A stretch of 64,000 nt of DNA, taken from positions 496,001-560,000 of the forward strand of contig LSRY02000003.1 in NCBI GenBank assembly GCA_001643675.2, written 5' to 3'. Below, in pieces: positions 26,210 through 39,652 of this stretch. Below the pieces are notes generated by a model that had not been told where the DNA came from, made no database searches, and worked only from the letters and a program-made list of their open reading frames with translations. How positions within the stretch are numbered: the stretch's first letter is position 1; each line of letters begins with the position of its first letter. The position numbers were made by a program, and so were the translations under genes. Source of the DNA: Monocercomonoides exilis PA203 (Eukaryota; Protista; Preaxostyla).

Positions 26210-26900
26210 AGAAGAAAAAGAAGATATCATAGATAAGAATGAAGCAGTAGGAGAAGAAATATGACTGGAGAAGGAAGAAGAAAAAGAAAAAGAGGAGGAA
26301 GAGGAGAAAGAAGAAAGCAAATGAAACTACTTCGTTACCTTTTTTGACATTCTGCATTGTTTCCATAGACACTGCAATGATATATTCATCCAAATGCCAG
26401 ACACAACTTGTAATTAGCCAGTAACCTCCTATATTCCACTCACGCAATTTAAAACATTTCATTACTCATTCCACTTCCTTCAGAGCGATAGCAGCGCCTT
26501 CTTCAAAGCAAAGCCTGGGTAAACCTGTAGAATATCCAACGGAGTATTTTTTTTCTCCTCCGAATGATGGCGGAGAAAAGCTGTTTGAGCTTTTCGCATT
26601 TGAAGATGATGAGAATGTGCAGTGTTGCTTGAAATTCAACGAAGGAGCGAAAGATTGCTGTAGGAAAAGAATTCCAAGGAATTCTAGCTGATCACTGCGA
26701 TCGATAAGCATACCAAAGCCGGGCTGAAAAAAAGACGCAACCAAACAATCTGTTGCCAATGCTGGAGATCACGCAAAACTTCATCAGATCGACAATATTT
26801 TATACACAGTTGCGGGTAAACTTCTTCATTTTCCTGTTTCTCGGGACATTCCACTTTTCCATATCCTAATAGATTGCCATCTTCTATTTATAATGTGTTT
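23450..26900 (-). pseudogene. Fragmented Ser/Glu/Arg-rich coding region, probably a decayed gene
   Basis: Higher-GC coding-like sequence with consecutive minus-strand frames (26466..26759, 25791..26462, 24178..24540, 23748..24095) broken by stops and frameshifts. No family recognised. Confidence 0.4.
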
Positions 26901-28999
26901 CAAAAAGAAACATTTTCAACGAGTTTCTCAGTTCAGAATGAGACCTTATTTTATGCATCCAATCTTTAAAACTGTTTTTTTGTCAATCGAGTTGAAACAT
27001 ATGCTACGAATATGTAATGACCATAAACGATTAAATGCTGCTTTTTGAAAAAAAAAAACTGCAAAAAGCAAATGCAACAAACATATCTGTACTTGAATCA
27101 AAGGATTGGTTTTGGCAAATATGAAAAATGTTTGTTGGTTATATTTTTGCAACAAAAATAATTTAATAAGTGTTCACTGCGGCAGAAAACATTCAAACAG
27201 GAACATAATGCATTTTTCAATATATGTAATTTGAATATCTATAAGAAATTAACAAAATAAACCGTTGTTTCCTTGTAGATTGATGAAAGCAGTAAAAATT
27301 AAAAATACCTCCTTTCATATTTTTAATAAAAAATTCCATTCTGGCTTATCGAAAAAAACAAAAGGTGAGTATAGTTTCAATTTCATTGTTTGTACTGCAA
27401 TGAAGCGTTGTTGAAATATGACATATTATTTATTATTTGAAAAAAAGCAATTGCCAGACGATCTTTGATTTTTCAAAAAGAATTTCTGACCCGTTTCTTT
27501 TATTCTGCACACATGATGTCCATCTTGAGAATCATTCTTCCACATGGTTTGCTTTTGGAATTATGACAATTCTGAAAAAAAGCTTTCAAAAGTATTGTTA
27601 TTTATCCAAGATCAATAGAAATTCATTTCTGTTAGGTCTGTTCGAAGAAGAATATACACAATTATCCAATATAACGCAGTATTCATATTAAAATAAGATC
27701 AGCAACGAACGAAATACAAAAAAGAAAAGTTTTGATAAACTTTTTCTTATTCGAAAAGAAATTGATAGTTTTTAGGAAATAATTACATATATTTCAAGTC
27801 ATTTTCTCTTTATTTGAATGAATTGCTTTGACGTATCTTGGTTTGTTGCTGCAACTACGTATTTCGCTGTCATAATTCTTTATTTGAATTTTTTGTCTTC
27901 TTTTTGTGAAAATTGTCGAATTTTTTCAGAATGAAACTTCTGAAGAAATCATATTGGAAAAAAAACCGTGGAGCATCTCATCATGATTAAACTTGCCGAA
28001 GAATTTATCTTTCAAATTGAATCCAAACCTAAATTTTTTTAATAATGTTTGTGATTTCAACGTGTTCTTTAATTGCACCCCAACAAATAATTATGGATCC
28101 ATTATTTTCATCTTCCTTCCTTTCTTCTTCTCAGGGAAAGCTGAGATTTCAAATGAAGAGCAATTAAACGCTGTGTCTTCTGATCGTTTTCTTTCATAAA
28201 AGCGTCTGAGAAACCCTAAACAGGCTGCAAAATCGGTGGTGAAGATAAGTGGAGAAACGTCAATTATGGAGCAGTGGAGATTGAAATCAAACGTAGTAGA
28301 AGTTGTTGTTGCGAAAGAAACAATTCTCCCGTGTGTAGAGAAAGAGGCAGAAAAGAAGAAGGAATTGAAAGGAGCAAAGGAAGATGAGGTGGCTGAAGAG
28401 GGGGATTAAAGAAGTTGAAGTGAAATTTGAAGAAATTAAAGAGGTGAAGGAGAAGGAAGAAGATTTGGTTTTGGAAACGGGTGCAGAGGATGCAAATCAA
28501 GAAGAGGATATAGCAGAAAAAGTGGGAAGGAAAAAATGCAGATTGGGATGGAGGAAAATGAAATAAGACATAAATCACCTGTTGGAAAATGATACTTTTT
28601 CTTATTGATTCAACTCTAAATCAACTTTATCATTCATATTTTGTGTTAATTATTTTTTTCCACAAACAAAATTCAAACACTTCTTTAAAAAATTAGCGAA
28701 AATAATAATAGCTTGCTTATTAAGAACACTGAGACCAAGTGAATTTGAAATTTGAATTTTCAAATATTAAAGTGCCGTTCAAAAAATTAGTACATTCTTT
28801 ATTGATTAAAAGAATGAGCAAAGAGATGCACAACATACAAAAACCAAAAAATCGATGTCTGACACAAGATGAAATATGATGACGTTCAAAACAAAACTTT
28901 GTCAAGAGAAATTCACTCAAAATAATAAATGAAAATATTGAGGTTGATTTAAACAAAAATGCTTTTTCAGCAGAAAAAATTATCATCTTCATTTTATTC

Positions 29000-29810
29000 A
29001 CTCTTCAATCTCTGAACTTCCCAACGAGTTCCGTAGCTTTCGCAATTGTGCTTTGCTTGTCATCCAATGCGGTGTCCTTCAGGTTAATTGCATTAGTTAT
29101 CTTCACCTACGCTTCCCTTCCCCCAAAGCACTTATCAAACTCTCGCCGCAGCTTTCTCAACGTCGGCCGCTCTCCTGCCGCTTTCGATAGGCTCGCCCGA
29201 ACACCATTCTCGTCCGAGTTCCCCCTCAACCTTCTCAGGTCAGGTCTTTCTCCATTCACAATCTTCTGCCCTGCCACCTCAGCCTCGTATTCCCCAAATG
29301 GCATCTGCAGCGTCAGGCACTCTCACGCCATCATCCCGATAGAAAACTCCACCGTCTTCTTTGTCGCGTGCCCCTTTGCACCATTCAGCAGCTCTGACGC
29401 CTTCTACCGTATGCACTTCTTCCAGAGATCATCTTCGTGCTCGGACGTTGTGAAGCAGGAAGTAATTTTGTGAATATTAATTCTTCACAGAAACATCAGA
29501 GGAAGATGTGGCCATGGTGGAGGCTGAAAAGATGGAGGAAGTGTCAGAGTCTGACGAGCAGTCTAAGTAGAGCGCAATTCAGATTACCATTTACTCGGAG
29601 AATAGCGCAATCAGCGGATAGAGAGAGGTTTGATTGGAGTTTGCCTTTCATTTCGCAAAAGCAGTAAAGCGCGTGATTATCCAAGAAGAACAAGACCTGT
29701 ACAGCTGTTTGTTCTATTTTCTGCAAAGTGCAAATTTCCATTTCTTTCTTCTGGTTCTTTCCATATAGCAGTTTTAACAGCTTAAATATTTGATCGAAAA
29801 AAATTGTCAT
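29000..29810 (-). pseudogene. Relic of the pseudokinase C-terminus of the 14.5-21.5 kb receptor family
   Basis: MPFGEYEAEVAGQKIVNGERP compared with IPFGEYEAAIAGQKIANGERP; AVQVLFFLDNHALY compared with GAQTLFWVANGALH. Multiple stops and frameshifts. Confidence 0.8.
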
Positions 29811-31554
29811 AAGCTAATAATTTTATTTATCGCGACAAATGTTAATTCAAAAAAATACAAAAGAAATATTAATTTGTTATTTTCATTAGTCAAAAAATGA
29901 ATGTTAAAAAATAAATAACTTAAAATATTAATGATAAATAATAGAACATACACGATAAATATAATTTATACGCAAGCGATTACTCATTTCTGATTCACGC
30001 TCCATTTTCAATCATGAAAATAATTATACTTATAGTTGTTCATTACTAACGCATAATGAATAATCATTATCACCAAAAATAGTGTTGTGAAAAGATGTTC
30101 GAAAAACATACTATGAAAGCATGACTTCTTCACATATCAATGAAAATATGAATTGTTAGTGAATTAACCATTTCCCTTTAAAATTTATTATTATGAAAGC
30201 TATGTTGGTTTGTGGAAAATAACAAAAATTGAGAAATGTATTTTTCTTGTAATAAATATCAAAATGGTGCACAATCGTTTTTGGATACATTATTATTTAT
30301 TTCATAAAAAACAATAACGGGAAGATCTCTGATTTTTCAAAAAGATTATGCCATATGTCTAAATTTTTTTGAAAAGTTCCTTTTGTATAATTTTCTAATA
30401 TAACAAGGATTTCATATTTTGATCAAATTTATGTTCCCAATTATGAAACTTCACAAAAACGGTAATGATAACATTCTTTTGGATTTGTTTCCATTTTGGT
30501 GAAGTTTCTTGAGTAGGAACAAAAAATAGATGAAAATATGAAATTTATATTTTATTTGAAAATTAAATAAAAGGAACTTTTCAAAAAAATTTTGACATAT
30601 ATATATTTTTGAATTGCATTAATCTCAGTCATTGGCTTGTTGCAATAATTTTGAAATTTCAAATTTGAATCAGAAAAATTTTTGCAAATTCCATTGTAAG
30701 GAGTTATATTCAACATCCCGAAAAAAGATATGATTTCAATAATGATTTTACAAATATTTTGAATAACCTTTAAAAAAAAAAAAAAAGGGTGGGGGGGATT
30801 TTTAATTTTATTATTTTTGAACAATGTTCTTGAGCGATTCATAGAGAACATGTGGAACATTAACATAAGAAGGCTACATTCACAAAAGAATTATTCTAGA
30901 TTGAATTGATAAACATCCTTTTTCGGGCACATGATCGAATATTGCAAAAGACATGCTGCATTAGAAAAGAAAGCTTTTTCGATTTTCGGAATGAGGGATG
31001 CACATATTCAAAGCTGTTTTGAGACGTTCGTTACATATGTGGGATGATATTTTTTTGCTTTAAGAATTTTGTTCCATTCTATATATTAAAACCTATTTCT
31101 CATTTTTTTTTTATTTTTCTGTATTTTTTGACATGGAAATGAAAGACTTATAATGATAAAGTTGGAGAGAAAGTTTGGAACAAATCGTTGTTTTTTTCAT
31201 AAAAGCAAGAATTTTGTCCCATATCAGTTGGATTCTGACATTCACTGAATTTGTTGAGTCGCTTTGAAAAAATCATTACAAACTTTTTGAAACAATATTT
31301 TTTGAAATTCAAAATGCGCAAAGAAATTTATTATTTATCAAAACTTGTTCTATTTTGCAATATTAACCAATATTTTGTCAAATTTCTTAATATTTTAATA
31401 TTCTTTCCCCTTATAATGGAAGACTTTTTGCGATATGATATCAGAAAATAAAAGAACCTTGTATTGATATTTTCACAAATTCCAAAAATTTGCTCCATAT
31501 TTTAATTTCGGAAATAAAGAAATAAATATTTTTAAGGGTCATCTCTTTTGGACA

Positions 31555-34500
31555 ATGCGTTCGTCTCAAACGCAGAGAACTGAAAGAGGGCCAATAAAAT
31601 CATTTTCAAAGCGAATTATTTGCTTTATTCTGACATTTTCTGTTATATTTACGATACAGCTTATTTCTCATCCACATTATACTTTTAATAATACACAAAA
31701 AATTGTTTCATCCTCAGCGCATGGTCCACAAAATAACATCACATTTTCATCTGAAAATACTTCAATGATATGCGTCCATAAATATTCAAGAGCTTCTGCA
31801 GAAGAAGAAGACGAAGGTGACAATGACGAAGATACGTGCAAAATACCTGACATTCCAACATCAGAAAAATGCTTTTATATAAAAAATAATTGCGCAGATT
31901 ACGGAAGTGATGGATACATTCGATATCTTCCGTTGAGATATTGCTCATTTCCCCATTCGCCTCAACTCTTTTTCCTTCTTTCTGTTCTTGCAGTCGTTAT
32001 TTGGTTTATATTACTTGGAACAACTGCAGATAGTTATTTTGTTCCACCGCTATTGTTTATATCAGATAAAATGGGTCTTTCTGACTCTATGTCCGGGATT
32101 ACGCTTCTTTCTCTTGGAAATGGTGCTCCAGATCTTTTTTCACAAATGGCTGGAGCCGCGGGTGGTTCGCTTGCAATGAGTCTTGGAGAAGCACTCGGAA
32201 GCGGAATATTTACTGTAACAGTGCTTATTGCACTCATCACATTCATCCACCCATTTGTTATTGAGAAAAAACTGCTATTTAAGGATGCTCCAATGTACAT
32301 GATATGTGCAATTCTTCTAATGGTTGTAGTAGCGACACAGAAGATGACTTTAGCTTTTACAATAATATTTCCATTGCTTTATGTTATGTATGTGTTGTTT
32401 TCATATCTTCTCGAGAAATATGAAATGCACAAGCAAAGGAAGCAAGAGAAGGCTTTGGCAAATATGGATTCTCAGATAGAAGCTAATCTGATCTCTCGCG
32501 AAAGTGCACAAATTAAAACAGAAAACAGCGGGGCAGCGATCGTGTCTGGGGACATTTTTGAGGCGCAGCGTTCGTTTTCGAGAAAACGGAAGCTGACAAT
32601 GGACGAAAGGCAAACACACGAAATGGGGCTGGACAAGCTGAGCCAGTTCTTTGCAAAGAAGAGCGTGTTCCGAAAGGGCTTGCAGCAGTATGGAGGAGCA
32701 GTGCTCAGCGAAAAGGAGAAGGAAGAGCTGCGGATCCAGTGGGAAGGCGCGGGGACGTTTGGGAGGGCCGGGTTTCTTGGGGCAGAGATGCGAAAGAAAG
32801 AGCGTGCCAGAGGATTCACCATGGGCAGCAGCGGACGGAGGGACAACAGCATGAATAGTAGCACAAATGAGGATCTGATAGGAGGAAGCAGCAGTAGCAG
32901 TGGAAGTGGCAATGACTACAATAGGAGGAACGAAGGGCAGCGGCGCACAACTACAAAGCCCTCGCAGGCGATGCAGATGGGCGAGTACGGAAGCAGCGGT
33001 GACTTCCGGCAGCTGCAGCAGATGACACGAAAGAGCAGCGAGTTGGCGATTGATTCGCATCTTTTGGATGGCGGCGCATCGTCTTCGAGGTCGTTTCTCG
33101 CTTCTCAGTCTTCTTCTTCTTCTTCTGCCGGCAGCAGAACAGCGGATAGACTGAGGCGTCCGTCTTTTCTCTATCTTTCTGGGCAGATGTCACCTGAAGC
33201 AGGAAACTCGAAGAAGACAAACAGATCTCATTCTATTTATGGCAGGAAAGAGCGGCTGTGGCGGCGAGAAACGAAAGGGCTGGACGACGAAGGGATTCTG
33301 GCGATGGCTGATTTGGAGGAGGAGAGGGAAAAGGCGTATTATGTGCGCTTTGGAAGGTATCAGCAGGAAGATACGTCGCAATTGAGTGCGCTGTCAGCAG
33401 CCACTGCACATTATGTGCCGGCTGCTGTTTCGTCGACGGAGGAGGAGTACAGAGGCATGCCATCGTCCTCGCCGACGTCCAAGCCGTTTGTTCCGCTTTC
33501 GGTGGAGCAGATGAAAGAAAACGAGGAGAAGGAGAAGGAGAAGGAGAAGGAGAAAGAGAAGGAAATAGAAAAGGAGAAAGAACAATGCGAAGCTGAAACA
33601 TCCAAAGAAATCAGCCTATCAATTCCCACAAGCGATGCACTTGAGGAAGACGAAAAGGCACCAGAATATTCACCGACAGAACAGAAGGAGTCAGCCGACA
33701 CACTCAAAAGACCCGCAGGGCTTGCACAATATGGGAACAGCAGTGCTTACAGCATACAAAAAGATGAAGGAAAAGAAGGTGAAGAAGGAGAAGGAGGAGG
33801 AGGAGGAGGAGAAGAAGACGATGATGATGAGCCGAAGACGTTCAGTGGGCGGGTCATTGAGACGCTGAATGAGTGGACAGAATGGAGGGACAAAGGAATC
33901 ATCGGGCGGATGATGGCGATAATTGAGTTCCCTTTCACCATTCTGAGAGTGTTCACACACCCAACACTCGACGTGCAGCACCCGCTGCGCCTCGCCATCA
34001 CCACCTTTTGCACTCCTGTCTGTGCTGCTTTCTTGACACACGCCTACAACAACCCAATCGTCAAGCCATCTCCTGCTGCCCTTGCTGACGAAAATGCCTC
34101 TTACTGGCAGCTCAACCCGTTTCCCGCATGGCTGCTCTGCCTCATCGTCGGGGCTGCCCTGGTGCCTGTGATGCTGTTTGTGAACTTGCAGTGGCTGCGG
34201 AAGCGTCTGCCGAATGCTGTCAGCTTCTTCTTTGCGCTGTGGCGGCTGGTGATGTCGATCCTGTGGCTGAACCTGATAGCGACGGAGAATGTGAATGCGC
34301 TGCAGGCGATCGGCGACTTCATCGGCATCAGCCAGGCGGTGATGGGCGCGACGGTGCTCAGCTGGGGCGCAGCGCTGGGCGATGTGGTGGCGAACATCGG
34401 TGTGGCAAGGGCAGGGCGGCCGATAACTGCTGTGTCTGCATGTTATGCTGGCCCGCTGATCAACTCGCTGCTGGGCATCTCTCTCTCGTCGGTGACGCTG

Positions 34501-34719
34501 TTCATATCACGCGGCAGCGTACGCCCCATCCACGTCACTGCCAGCGCTGCCCTGTGGGCTATGACGATCGCCATCATCGCCTCGATTGCAGTCCAGATTG
34601 TCGTTGGGGTGTTCAGAAAGCGGAAGTTCGAAAGATGGTTTGCGCTGGTGCTGTTCTTTTTCTACATTGCGTTTGCTGTGGTTATTGTTTTGGTGGAGCT
34701 GAAAATTATTCCTGGTTAG
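31555..34719 (+). CDS. Cation/Ca2+ exchanger, CCX/NCLX (SLC8B1-like) family
   Basis: Intronless 1054 aa with two TM bundles. Alpha-1 repeat GITLLSLGNGAPDLF; alpha-2 repeat GATVLSWGAALGDVVAN...SACYAGPLINSLLG. Cys-containing N-terminal luminal segment and a ~500-aa central loop. Confidence 0.92.
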   Translation: MRSSQTQRTERGPIKSFSKRIICFILTFSVIFTIQLISHPHYTFNNTQKIVSSSAHGPQNNITFSSENTSMICVHKYSRASAEEEDEGDNDEDTCKIPDIPTSEKCFYIKNNCADYGSDGYIRYLPLRYCSFPHSPQLFFLLSVLAVVIWFILLGTTADSYFVPPLLFISDKMGLSDSMSGITLLSLGNGAPDLFSQMAGAAGGSLAMSLGEALGSGIFTVTVLIALITFIHPFVIEKKLLFKDAPMYMICAILLMVVVATQKMTLAFTIIFPLLYVMYVLFSYLLEKYEMHKQRKQEKALANMDSQIEANLISRESAQIKTENSGAAIVSGDIFEAQRSFSRKRKLTMDERQTHEMGLDKLSQFFAKKSVFRKGLQQYGGAVLSEKEKEELRIQWEGAGTFGRAGFLGAEMRKKERARGFTMGSSGRRDNSMNSSTNEDLIGGSSSSSGSGNDYNRRNEGQRRTTTKPSQAMQMGEYGSSGDFRQLQQMTRKSSELAIDSHLLDGGASSSRSFLASQSSSSSSAGSRTADRLRRPSFLYLSGQMSPEAGNSKKTNRSHSIYGRKERLWRRETKGLDDEGILAMADLEEEREKAYYVRFGRYQQEDTSQLSALSAATAHYVPAAVSSTEEEYRGMPSSSPTSKPFVPLSVEQMKENEEKEKEKEKEKEKEIEKEKEQCEAETSKEISLSIPTSDALEEDEKAPEYSPTEQKESADTLKRPAGLAQYGNSSAYSIQKDEGKEGEEGEGGGGGGEEDDDDEPKTFSGRVIETLNEWTEWRDKGIIGRMMAIIEFPFTILRVFTHPTLDVQHPLRLAITTFCTPVCAAFLTHAYNNPIVKPSPAALADENASYWQLNPFPAWLLCLIVGAALVPVMLFVNLQWLRKRLPNAVSFFFALWRLVMSILWLNLIATENVNALQAIGDFIGISQAVMGATVLSWGAALGDVVANIGVARAGRPITAVSACYAGPLINSLLGISLSSVTLFISRGSVRPIHVTASAALWAMTIAIIASIAVQIVVGVFRKRKFERWFALVLFFFYIAFAVVIVLVELKIIPG

Positions 34720-35040
34720 ATGAAGAGAGTTCTATTTATTTTTCATACTGAATAGTTAATGTATTTTAATGCATGTTTCTGTCTTGGTCTATTTTTTTCA
34801 TTGAATTAGTAATTTTTTAATCCAATTCTTAATTTTCAACTGATTGTCTCTGTTAATTTTTTCTTTATTTATTTTCATGAGTGTCAATTATTTTTAAACT
34901 GTTGATTGTCTTTGGTTTGCACATCTTTTTTTTTCATTAAGTCAATAACTTGTAATGACGCACCCTTAATATCAATTAATCTTCTGGAGCGAAAATTTAA
35001 GTTGTTTTTTGCAACAAGTTCTTGCAATTTAAATTGAAGC

Positions 35041-38000
35041 ATGTGGGGGTCAGGATCATCAACGGTTTTTAATTATTATACGGAACAATTTAATTTTTTA
35101 ATAATCTTTCTTTCTTTTGTAATAATATCCTTAACTTTTCCTTTAACACAATAATTACACAACGCTTCACAACATGTTAAACTGATTGCATGATGTATAT
35201 ATTTGTTTGAATTTTAGCCAAAAATACAATGGATCTCCCCTTCGGCTGTTGCACAGGAACAACTTAGAAAAGCAATTTCTCTTGATTCTTTTGGAGATCC
35301 GTCATTGTCAGGTGCTCCTTTACCAACTTCTTCACCAAACACATTTTATTCTCCATCAAGGCATCAAGAGCAATTCGATTCTTTTTCTGTATCTGAGGGA
35401 ATTCGTTCACCAAATCATGAACAAATTTCTGTTCAGTTGCAGAATTCAGATACATCAGATTTGTCGGTTTGCATTTCATTTTTTAATAACTTCTGTATAA
35501 TTCATTTTTGATATTTTTGTTTTGTAGCTTGATCTGCACTTAATTTCAACGTTTGAGCGTGATAAAGAGTTGAGTAAAGTCGAATTATTCAATCTATCTC
35601 GGCTTCACAAACAAGAACGAGATAAACAGTTAAAAGATTCTTCAGACGCAACGCAAGTTAGCGAGTTGAAGGAAAATTCACAAGATAAAGAAGGATCTAC
35701 TTCACAAAAAAAGGAACATGATGTGTCTAATCCATCTTCCCCAACAAAAGGTTTTCGTTTCAATATTTATCTAGACTAATTTATTTATTTTCATCCTTTT
35801 CTACTTAGTTATGAAACGTTTAACAGAAGCCTTAGAGTCTATCTATTCACAAGCCGAGCCTCAAACGACTTCTTTTTCACAGCTTTTTATGAGGACATCT
35901 CGGTCTGTGAATGCGTCTTCGCTCAGATCTTCTTCTCCACTTTCACAGCGCTCTTCACCTTCCACATCGTCTCCAGTGAACAATCTTGGGCAGCGGAATC
36001 GGAGTAAGCAAAGAGGGAGAGAAAGAGAAAGGGAGAGAGAAAGAGAAAGCAAGAAGCATCAGCAGTCGGCTGCTTCTGAGAACGATGCAACTGATTCTGC
36101 TGTGAGAGGGAAAAAAGATAGGATGATGAGAAGAACAAGGGAGAAAAGAGGAGATGAGGGAAAAGAAAACAACAAAGCAAGAAGTGCTTGTTCTTCTTCT
36201 GCATCGTCGTCTTCTTCTTCTTCATCTTCTTCCTCCTCCTCCTCTTATTCTTCCATTTCATCTTCACCTCCATCTTCTTCAATGAGGAACAAGAGCTCTT
36301 CTTCGAATTCAATCTCAACTCCTATTCACAGGGCGCATGCAAATGAGTCTTCTGCGACCTCTACTCCTCCATCTGCTTCAGCAAATGCATCAATTGCATC
36401 AACATCATCTTCACCTCCTCCTCCTTCTTCTTCTTCCTCCTCTTCAACTTCCTCTTCTTCTATAACATCTCATACCTCTTCTCCTCCAGCATCCAAACCA
36501 TCTCACACTTCACCATCATCCTCATCCTCATCCTCATCCTCGTCCTCTTCCTCTTCCTCCTCTTCTTCTTCTTCCTCATCTTCTTCCTCTTCTTCTTCCT
36601 CCTCACTCCATTCTCCTCCTCTCATTCCCCTTCCCTCCACCCACTCATCCGCCATCGTTTCATCTGATGTATTGGAAGGTATTCTTCCACAGAGCAAAAA
36701 GAAGAGAAATAGAGATGTGATTGTCATCAGCGACGAGACACAGGAAATGGGGGGGAGTACAGAATGTGAGGAGGTGGAAGAGGAAAGGGAAGAAGAAGGA
36801 GAAAGGGAGAAAGGGAAGGAGAAAGAGAAGGAGAAAGAAAAGGAAGAAGAAAAAGAGAGAAAGAAGGAAGAAGAGGAAGAAGATGATGATAAAATTGAGA
36901 AGGCAAACAGCTCAATCGACAAAGAAGGAGAAGGAAAGGGAAAAGAAGGAAAAGAAGGAAAAGAAGAAGATGAAAAAGAGAATGAAACGAATAAGAAGAG
37001 GACGACACTTGGCAGAGCAAGCAAAGGACAACAGAACTTGAGGCACAAGAGAATCAGGATAGAACAAGATGATAGTGAAGCATATTCAAATCCGAATATC
37101 ATGTCATGTTCAGACACATCTTCAAATTTGGATTCAATTTCAACTTCAATTTCAAATACGAAAACAGATGCAAATGTGAATGCAAATGCAAAACGTGAAG
37201 CTGATGTTGGTATTGAAGCAGAAGCAGAAGCAGAAGCTGAGGCTGATGCTAATGTTGATGTTAATTCTGAATCCAAGCTTTCTTCTGACAGTTCTGTTGT
37301 CTTTCTCACATCTCCACTCACTTCACATTCTTCTTCTCAATCGAATTCTCTATCAACCTCTTTGTTGAATACAAAGATTGCTTCATCGCCTGCTTCTTCG
37401 TCTGTATCGTCTGATTCTAATTCGTCTCAGAACAGTTTATCTAACTCTTTTCCTTCTCTATCTTCTTCTTCTTCTTCTTCCTCCTCTTTTCCTTCTTCTC
37501 CCTCCTCTTCCTCTTCTTCCTCCTCATCTCCTTCTTCCTCATCCATTCCCTCTCCCTCTCCTTCTTCCTCTTCCCTTCCATCCTCTCAAACAAAGCCAAC
37601 CACTTCCATTTCTTCCCTCATCTCTCGTTTCTCTCCTGCCCAGCAGCGTCTGAAGGCTCTTCGCTCAAACACACTTTCTCAGCACGCTTCACAGGCTAAA
37701 AGCTCACTTTCTAGTTCTTCTTCTCCTATTAATGCTATGGTTTCATCATCATCATCTTCTTCTTCTTCCTCTTCCTCTTCTTTTACATCTTCTTCTTCTT
37801 CTTCTTCATTAGCATCCGCATTATCATCATCTTCCTCATCTTCCTCTTCTCATTCACTTCATCCAGCTTCTTCTCAATCATCAATCACACACTCTTCTGC
37901 ACTCCCTCGTCTTTTGCCACTTGCTCCTCTGCAATCCACATCTTCTTCTGACTCATCATTGCAATCTTTATCTTCTCCTTCTTCTCTCTTTTCTTCTTCT

Positions 38001-38525
38001 TCCTCTTCTTCTTCTCTTTCTTCTTCTTCCCCTTCTTCTTCCTCTTCCTCTTCTGATTCTTGTTCTCCTCTCACTCCTTCTCTCTCCTCTCCTCCAACTG
38101 CCAGCCAAACACTGGTGAAGCCAAAGATCTCTTTGTATCGACGACTTTCACGCTCTCAGTCTATCTGCTCACAGACACTGCCTGCTATTGCTTCTCTTTC
38201 ATCTTCCTCTTCTTCCTTTTCTTCCTCAGCAGCATTAATCTCATCCCCAGCCACTTCTTCTTCCTCCTCTTCTACCAACACTCCAACCACAAATACAGAC
38301 ACATCTTCCATTTCAGCCATTTCATCACAAAACAGTTTGATATCATCACAAACACACAATCAGCCTTCTAATTCTCTTCCTTCTTCTCTTCCTTCTTCTC
38401 TTCCTTCTTCTCTTCCTCTTTTGCATTCTCTTTCTCTGCCTCCGCCTCCTCCTCCTCCTCCTTCATCTTCTCCTTCTCCTTCTCCATCAGCGCTGATGTC
38501 TTCATCATCTCGACCAAATTCTTGA
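35041..38525 (+). CDS. Very Ser-rich low-complexity protein with a charged central block; 4 predicted exons
   Basis: ATG 35041 (MWGSGSST), then exons at about 35218-35466, 35529-35750 and 35809-38525 flanked by GT/AG. Terminal ORF is 904 aa. Confidence 0.6.
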
Positions 38526-39022
38526 TATTTATTATAAATGCTGTTTTTAAGTAAAAAAGAAAAAAATTTTTCATTTCTTTCTGTTTATTCTTTCTTTTTT
38601 CTTTATTTCATTAAAAAATAGAAAAATAAAGTTTATTTTATTATGATAAAAAAAGGAACGTAAAAAAAAAAAATGTTGATTAATTGCATTGTTTTGTATT
38701 GTTTTGTTTTGCATCAAAAACTCAGGTGATGCGCAAAATAATATCAAGACGGTTAGTTCTTTATTTCTGTTTCGTAGAAGTCAAATAAATAAATGAAATA
38801 GAAATAGAAATAGAAAAGAAAGAATGAAAGAAAGAAATAAGAAAGTTAAAGAAAAAGGAAGAAGGAAGAAGAAGGAAGAAGAAGGAAGAAGAGAAGAAAA
38901 AGAGGTTTCAAAAACATAGTAGCACGCAGTAAAGGATGAGGCAATGTTTCAAACACATACACACAGAATAAGAATATGAAGAAGAAGGCAGCACAATTAG
39001 AATCACAGATTTGAGAAGAGAA

Positions 39023-39108
39023 GAGAAAAAAGAGAAAAAAGAGAAAAAAGAGAAAAAAGAGAAAAAAGAGAAAAAAGAGAAAAAAGAGAAAAAAGAGAAA
39101 AAAAGAGA
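39023..39108 (+). repeat. Tandem 9-mer (GAGAAAAAA), about 9 copies
   Basis: Seen directly. Confidence 0.9.
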
Positions 39109-39652
39109 AGAAAGATTTAGAAAAAAAAAAAGCAGATTTAATTTTATATAGAAAGAATAAAAAAAAAAATAAAATATAGAATTAAAAATTTATTTGTATT
39201 GAAACTGGGAATTAAAATAAATATCTCAACAAATCAATGGAACACCATTAAAAAAAAAGAGAGAGAGAGAGAGACAGAAAAAGAATGAGACAAAAGATAC
39301 AAAAAAAATATGTTGAATGTGCAACAAGACTCTTAATGAAAGATTAGCTCTGATTCTTTTCTTTTTCCCTTTTCATTGATCTTTTCTTTTCTTCTCTTCC
39401 CTTTTCCCCTCTTCTCGATTCAACAGCATTCCTTGTTCAAACACTCATAACCATTGTTTTCCAATCATCAAACATTCACATACTCCCTCTCTTCTTCACT
39501 CCTTTTCTTTCCTTTCTTTCTTCCTTCCTCTTCAACTCCAACCAAACACATCTCATCTAACCTCTTCACATCACATCACATCACTTCACTTCACTTCTCT
39601 TTTCTTTTCTTCTCTTCTCTTCACCTTTTCTCTCTCTCTCTCCCCCTCCTCT

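Noticed and set aside
30825-31050. Possible second transposase scrap (FIENMWN...GHMIEYCKR)
   Set aside because: Too short and stop-riddled to assign without an HMM search.
31555-34719. NCLX-like gene as evidence for a mitochondrion
   Set aside because: CCX members in plants and fungi are endomembrane or plasma-membrane proteins, and the N-terminus looks like a signal anchor.
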